In this document: positions 59,042 through 64,000 of the stretch, piece after piece
How the letters are laid out: each line of letters begins with the position of its first letter
How positions within the stretch are numbered: the first letter of the stretch is position 1
From: Methanobacteriota archaeon
GTDB taxonomy: Archaea; Thermoplasmatota; Poseidoniia; Poseidoniales; Poseidoniaceae
DNA length: 64,000 bases
NCBI GenBank assembly: GCA_002720275.1
Contig: PBHR01000001.1
Span: forward strand, 10,126 to 74,125
Reading direction: 5' to 3'
Program-made: the position numbers and the translations under genes
Notes under the pieces: model-generated
Told to the model about the DNA's origin: nothing
Seen by the model: only the letters and a program-made list of their open reading frames with translations
Database searches by the model: none

Positions 59042-61573
59042 ATGGTAGAAGACAAGCATCGTTTTTCATCAGAATTTTCAAAATTTTCATTACCTGTGTT
59101 GGTAATTTCCTTCCTTGTTACATTTGTTTTGGCTTTTCAGCTTTATCCTTTACCTTCGTTTAATACAGAAATAGCAGAATTTGCACCTTCTGATTCAGCA
59201 AGTGAAGCAGCCGATGAGTTTGGAATTGAAATGGGCAACCAAACTAGACAAATTTTAGTAAATGTTGAGATGAAAGATGGAGGTAATGTATTGTCTATAG
59301 AATCTTTGCTTATGCAGCACAATGATTATAATAAATTGTTGTCAAGCACTCCAAATAATGGTACAGAGATTGAGGGCATTATTGCATTATCTGAGATAAT
59401 TAACCTCGCTCTTTATGAAAATGATGATGGAAGCAATCTTTCTTCAGTAACTGATTGGAATAATCTGCTTGAAAGGACAGTTCCAGAAGATCTTGGAATC
59501 TCAGAAATATCTTCAAACGAACAAATATTAGCATATGGGAATTTTGTAAAATCAGCAATAATTAGTAATGATTTAGTTAGCGATGGTCTCGAATCTTGGA
59601 TTGATGATAGAAATACTACAATGGATCCTACACCTTCAGCGACATCTACTTTGTGGATTATTGATATTAATTCTGATTTAAGTCCAGAGCAATCAAAGTC
59701 CACTCAAGTTGAATTAAGGAATATTTTGAATGAAATTTCCGCAAATTCTGATTTAACTTATTCTTCAATATCGATGGATATTATTAGTTATGATGTTGAT
59801 GAAAGTACAATGAAAAGTTTTGCATTATTGATTTTGCTTGCTTTAACAGTGGTTGTAGTAGTTCTATCACTTGCTTTTAAAACTATTACAGGTGTATTAT
59901 TTCCATTGACTGGTTTAATGATGGCATTAACTTGGACTTATGGATTACTTAGTGCCTTCGAGGTGCAATTTACCGCTTTAGATGTAGCAGTAGCACCATT
60001 GGTTTTGGGTTTAGGTATTGATTATTCCATACATTTACAGAAAAGATATGAAATTAATCGTAATAAAGGCCAATCTACAGTAGATGCTTGGCTTAATTCC
60101 GTTCAAAATTTAGCATTGCCTCTTTCATTGGCAGTAATAACTACGGTTGCTGCATTTATGGCAAATTTACTTTCTCCACTACCTCCATTGAAATCTTTTG
60201 GTATCTCTTTATCTTTAGGTGTAGTTAGTGCATTTTTTTGTTCTACTGTGATTGTTGGTTGTATGCATGTTGTTGGAGAGAGAGTTTCAGGAGGAAAATT
60301 GTCTTTGGCATCTACTGGATCACTTGGTGATAAATTAGCGGGTGTAATGACTTTTCAAAAAGAGCAAAAAGCGATTATTATGATTATAACTGGCCTTTTA
60401 ACGGTAAGCTCGGTTTTTGGTGCAATGGTAATTAAAACAGAATTTGATTTGACAGATTTCCTTGATGAGGAAATGCCAGTTATGGAATTAAGAAGTGACT
60501 TACAAGATTCTTATGATTATTCAAGTATCCAGATGGTTTATGTTCTAATAGAACCACTAGGTTCTAAGTATTCAATTGAGAGTGGTGAAAATTTACTTGA
60601 TTCTATGCAATATTTAGATGATACTTTGCCTTTAACTAAAGGAGTTGTTAAATCATCAGATAGTTCAGATAGAACACAATATAATGGGATTTATACCATT
60701 ATTAGGGATGCATTAGAATTGAATCCGAATTGGGGAGAAAATTATAATTTAAAATTATTTGGCGATGAGGTTGGAAAAATAGATCCTAATGAAGAAATAA
60801 ATTTAGGAATTGCTTTGAAAAATCTGTCTCAAAACAATACTGTTGGAGATCCACTTACAGGTTCAACATGGCAAGAAAGAGTTAATGATGCAGCCTTGAT
60901 AGATAGTGATGGTGAAATTACAAAATTAAGAATAAGTATTTATGTAAATTCTGGAACAAATATTGAAAATACTGAAATTGTCAAGGATTTAAGGGATAGA
61001 ATCGATGATGTTTCAAATCAATTAGCTCGTGATGGTGCTGTTGTTCATTTAACGGGTGATATGGTAAAGATAGATACAGTTTTGACAGGTATGACAAATT
61101 CCCAAGTACAATCTACTTCAATTAGTTTGATGGTGTCATTCTTTGTTTTAATGTTGCTAACTCGTAGATTTACACCTGCATTGGTTGTAATTGCTCCTGT
61201 GGGGGTGGCTGCGTTTTGGGTTGTTGGTTCAATGGCTGCTTTAGGATTGCAATGGAATGTTTTGACAATAATGGTTTCAGCACTAACAATTGGTATTGGA
61301 ATTGATTATGCAATACATGTGTGGCGTAGGTTTGAGGAAGAAATTAAAGATTCAGATGACAATTGGGAAGCCGTGAGTAAGATGCATTCATCTACAGGTT
61401 TAGCATTGTTGATGTCTGCAGGAACAACAATTTGTGGATTTGCAGTATTGACACTTTCACCTACGCCCGTAGTAAGGGAGTTTGGTTTAATTACTTCCTT
61501 AACAGTATTTTTCTCTGTGATATTATCTTTGGTTGTATTACCTGTATTGTTGGTTGAATCGAATGAAAATTAG
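59042..61573 (+). CDS. RND/MMPL-family transporter (archaeal HAE3-like)
   Basis: GLGIDYSIH and GIGIDYAIH; 12-TM two-repeat layout. Confidence 0.92.
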   Translation: MVEDKHRFSSEFSKFSLPVLVISFLVTFVLAFQLYPLPSFNTEIAEFAPSDSASEAADEFGIEMGNQTRQILVNVEMKDGGNVLSIESLLMQHNDYNKLLSSTPNNGTEIEGIIALSEIINLALYENDDGSNLSSVTDWNNLLERTVPEDLGISEISSNEQILAYGNFVKSAIISNDLVSDGLESWIDDRNTTMDPTPSATSTLWIIDINSDLSPEQSKSTQVELRNILNEISANSDLTYSSISMDIISYDVDESTMKSFALLILLALTVVVVVLSLAFKTITGVLFPLTGLMMALTWTYGLLSAFEVQFTALDVAVAPLVLGLGIDYSIHLQKRYEINRNKGQSTVDAWLNSVQNLALPLSLAVITTVAAFMANLLSPLPPLKSFGISLSLGVVSAFFCSTVIVGCMHVVGERVSGGKLSLASTGSLGDKLAGVMTFQKEQKAIIMIITGLLTVSSVFGAMVIKTEFDLTDFLDEEMPVMELRSDLQDSYDYSSIQMVYVLIEPLGSKYSIESGENLLDSMQYLDDTLPLTKGVVKSSDSSDRTQYNGIYTIIRDALELNPNWGENYNLKLFGDEVGKIDPNEEINLGIALKNLSQNNTVGDPLTGSTWQERVNDAALIDSDGEITKLRISIYVNSGTNIENTEIVKDLRDRIDDVSNQLARDGAVVHLTGDMVKIDTVLTGMTNSQVQSTSISLMVSFFVLMLLTRRFTPALVVIAPVGVAAFWVVGSMAALGLQWNVLTIMVSALTIGIGIDYAIHVWRRFEEEIKDSDDNWEAVSKMHSSTGLALLMSAGTTICGFAVLTLSPTPVVREFGLITSLTVFFSVILSLVVLPVLLVESNEN

Positions 61574-62109
61574 GTAGTTTCAATAAACTCTTCCATATCC
61601 ATACCTTGCTCTTTTGCAATTAATAGTAAGCAAAGAGAATTTGTGATTTGGCTCAAACTTCTTTTTTTCCTCTTTGCTCTTCTAGTAATTTCCTCCTTTA
61701 ATATTCCTGTTTTTGCAGAAATATACCTTATCAACCTTTTTTCAGCTCTTGAGAAATCTTCATTTGAATTTTTAAAATTTTCATCTATGTCATCTTTGGT
61801 CGGTGTAACTTTGAAATTATTTTCAGTTTTATTTTTTGGTAATTCAAAGTGTATTGTACTATTAGGCCTCCAGCCAAAAGCGATTTCTTTAGTATTTATT
61901 TTAACATTAGGTGTGAGTTCTTCCCCATTTTCAATTAACCATTCTTTTTCAAGTAGTTCATTAATTAATTTTTCTGCATTTGAAAAATCCATCCATTGAG
62001 TGTCTATACTCCAAAACCTTATTACGAATTTTTTTGAGAGGGTTTCATTAGGTGAATTAATCCACGTGGCATTTAGTAAGTCAATAATTTCATCACCAAT
62101 ACTTTTCAT
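61570..62109 (-). CDS. DUF2240 family protein
   Basis: 'WSIDTQWMD', 'IAFGWRP', C-terminal 'LLIAKEQGMD'. Confidence 0.75.
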   Translation of the reverse strand: MKSIGDEIIDLLNATWINSPNETLSKKFVIRFWSIDTQWMDFSNAEKLINELLEKEWLIENGEELTPNVKINTKEIAFGWRPNSTIHFELPKNKTENNFKVTPTKDDIDENFKNSNEDFSRAEKRLIRYISAKTGILKEEITRRAKRKKRSLSQITNSLCLLLIAKEQGMDMEEFIETT

Positions 62110-62657
62110 ATTATCACCCCTTGAGATGATTTGCACCACCCAATAATTTTGATATGTGAATTTGAAAGGATTTCATTTGAACTCGAGGGTGCAATATACC
62201 AGTCATAAAATTTAGCTAATTTAGGGGAAATTTTATCAAAAAATTGTTGAATATCTCCTGGCTCTGATCCAATGATTAATACTGGCCTTTGAATTTCATT
62301 TTTTAAATCATTTAAACGCCCAATCGTTTTTTCTATAGATTTATTTAGTGTGAATTTTGTAATTGCACTTTTACATAGTGCATGTGAAATTTTTAATTTC
62401 GAAACATCAATCCATCCGTCTATTGTGACGTAAGTAAATCCTAGCATTATTGAATCTACCAGTGAGCCATAGTCCGCTTTTTCAGGATCCCAAATTGAAT
62501 TTGGGTGTAATTTGGCAATTTTTCTAATTCGATTCATGTTAAAACCATCTCTTTCATGTAACAACATTTTTTTATTTTTTAGTTGAATAGAGTTCGGTTT
62601 TATCGCTCCAGGGTAAAGAAGTCCTTTATTAAAAACAAATCTATCAAAAACTTCCAT
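62106..62657 (-). CDS. Hypothetical protein, possibly a degenerate HisA/HisF-related barrel
   Basis: Likely start MEVFD; 'ERDGFNMNRIRKIAK..SIWD...VDSIMLGFTYVTI' loosely resembles HisA-like repeats. Confidence 0.5.
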   Translation of the reverse strand: MEVFDRFVFNKGLLYPGAIKPNSIQLKNKKMLLHERDGFNMNRIRKIAKLHPNSIWDPEKADYGSLVDSIMLGFTYVTIDGWIDVSKLKISHALCKSAITKFTLNKSIEKTIGRLNDLKNEIQRPVLIIGSEPGDIQQFFDKISPKLAKFYDWYIAPSSSNEILSNSHIKIIGWCKSSQGVII

Positions 62658-62731
62658 ATTTTCTCCCTGTTTATTGACTGTATTAGTGAGGGTTATTGAA
62701 GATGACACCTTGCGAGGTGTTGAATCGGAAC

Positions 62732-63919
62732 ATGTCGAAATACGTAGCAAGGCATCCAAAAACTGGAAAACCTTTGAATTTTGAGAAGGAAGTTGATGTT
62801 GAAACCTCATTAAAACCGCCAGAATCAAAATGGGATGGTTATGAGTTAAGTATTTTTGAATTAAAGGAATTATATGAGAAAATATTGCCTTTAGCAGTTG
62901 GTGAAATACAGGAATATGAATTAGAAGTTGATGGGAAAAAAATTCTCTTAAATAGAGTTGATGGGATTAAAGCATTACCTCGTTTGAATAATAAGAATAA
63001 TGATGAAATTTACGATGCATTAATTTTAGGTTTAAATGATGATTTAGCCGAAAATCGCATGGCTTCTTTACAAATTTTACATATTTGTGCATGTAGAAAA
63101 CCTGATGGTTTATGGGATATTTTAGCTGAATTATTAGACGATGATGATGCTAATGTGCGTAAAACTGCAATAAATTCCCTTATTGCATCTGTGCCAATTT
63201 TCCCTTCTGGTTGTGAAGTTTTACTCTATATTGAATTAAGGCATGAATTAAAATATAGAAGAGACGGTGCTTGGAAAGCATTGAATGAATTATTAAAAAA
63301 ATGGCCAGAAGCTGTAATGAATCATTTAGATGTATTGTCAAGAGATGATGATGTTGATTTGAGAAGGAGGGCTTCAAAATTGCTTTCAAATGTAGCAAAC
63401 AGAAAATCAGCTATTGCCTGGGATTTAGTTGGTTGGGCACTGCAAGATGAAGATGATATCGTAAGGGATAACGCCTCTAAGGCAATCAGGACTGTAACAC
63501 ATCATGAACCTAGGCAAGCATTGATTTTTGCAGAAATGGCTTTATTTGACACATTTAAACCAGTTAGGAAAAGAGCAGTCCAAGCTTTAGAAAGATTGGG
63601 TGCTAGTAGTAGAGTCAATTCCTTAATAATAAGGGGTTGCAGACATTCAGATTTAGAAATAAGAATGAATTGTATAAAAATGCTCCCTAGATTAATGAGT
63701 GAAGATGAACTTAGGGATCTTTCATTTGAGTTATTGAATAGGGAGAAAAATACTGAATTAAAAGAGATCTTAACAGAATATAGTAAGGATGATCAACTAG
63801 AAGGAAATGAAATTCAGAAGAATAAATACCTTGCACCTGCAGAACCTCTAGATCCCTTAGAAAAAGAACTAAAGAAGGACGTAAATATAAAAATTAAAGA
63901 AAAAAAGGAGGAAAGTTAG
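62732..63919 (+). CDS. HEAT-repeat protein
   Basis: Repeated 'L.DDD..VR..A...L' units. Confidence 0.85.
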   Translation: MSKYVARHPKTGKPLNFEKEVDVETSLKPPESKWDGYELSIFELKELYEKILPLAVGEIQEYELEVDGKKILLNRVDGIKALPRLNNKNNDEIYDALILGLNDDLAENRMASLQILHICACRKPDGLWDILAELLDDDDANVRKTAINSLIASVPIFPSGCEVLLYIELRHELKYRRDGAWKALNELLKKWPEAVMNHLDVLSRDDDVDLRRRASKLLSNVANRKSAIAWDLVGWALQDEDDIVRDNASKAIRTVTHHEPRQALIFAEMALFDTFKPVRKRAVQALERLGASSRVNSLIIRGCRHSDLEIRMNCIKMLPRLMSEDELRDLSFELLNREKNTELKEILTEYSKDDQLEGNEIQKNKYLAPAEPLDPLEKELKKDVNIKIKEKKEES

Positions 63920-64000
63920 CATTTTATTCATACGTCATTGTTAATATGGAGATGTTAGTCGCCGAGTCATAGGTGTGAGTATGAGCAGTGGTAATATGAA

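Noticed and set aside
480..63398. Numerous short antisense or nested ORFs in the track (e.g. 480..794, 1780..2283, 5369..5836, 49032..49442)
   Set aside because: They are shadows of well-supported genes on the opposite strand or frame, with no recognisable motifs.
63981..64000. Start of a further gene (ATG after a GGTG RBS)
   Set aside because: Only about 6 codons lie inside the window, so it cannot be identified.

Overview
AT-rich (roughly 30% GC by eye), densely coded archaeal chromosome segment. It is most consistent with a marine Thermoplasmatota/Poseidoniia genome (Marine Group II-like). The assignment is inferred from archaeal core genes (eS1/rps3ae, psmB, aCPSF1/FttA, aRF1, aEF-1beta, Rpo11, TrpRS/ArgRS/AsnRS), GGTGA ribosome-binding sites, SAP-domain fusions, giant acidic surface proteins and a bacterial-type PlsC. 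RNA genes not shown by the ORF track are tRNA-Pro(UGG), tRNA-Lys(CUU) and a type A RNase P RNA on the minus strand. No integrase, transposase, CRISPR array or prophage was seen. The most interesting items are: a pyruvoyl-arginine-decarboxylase homologue that has lost its self-cleavage Ser-Ser; a SAP-TM-M28 peptidase and a SAP-tailed ribosomal protein eS1; a 1379-aa PGF-CTERM surface protein with minimal LDL-receptor-A modules, two of them near-identical in DNA; a VKOR plus two membrane thioredoxins between two RND/MMPL transporters; a plsC-thyA-folA bacterial-type run; and GC-rich folded leaders before psmB, fttA and rps3ae. All calls come from motif recognition by eye; no searches were run.
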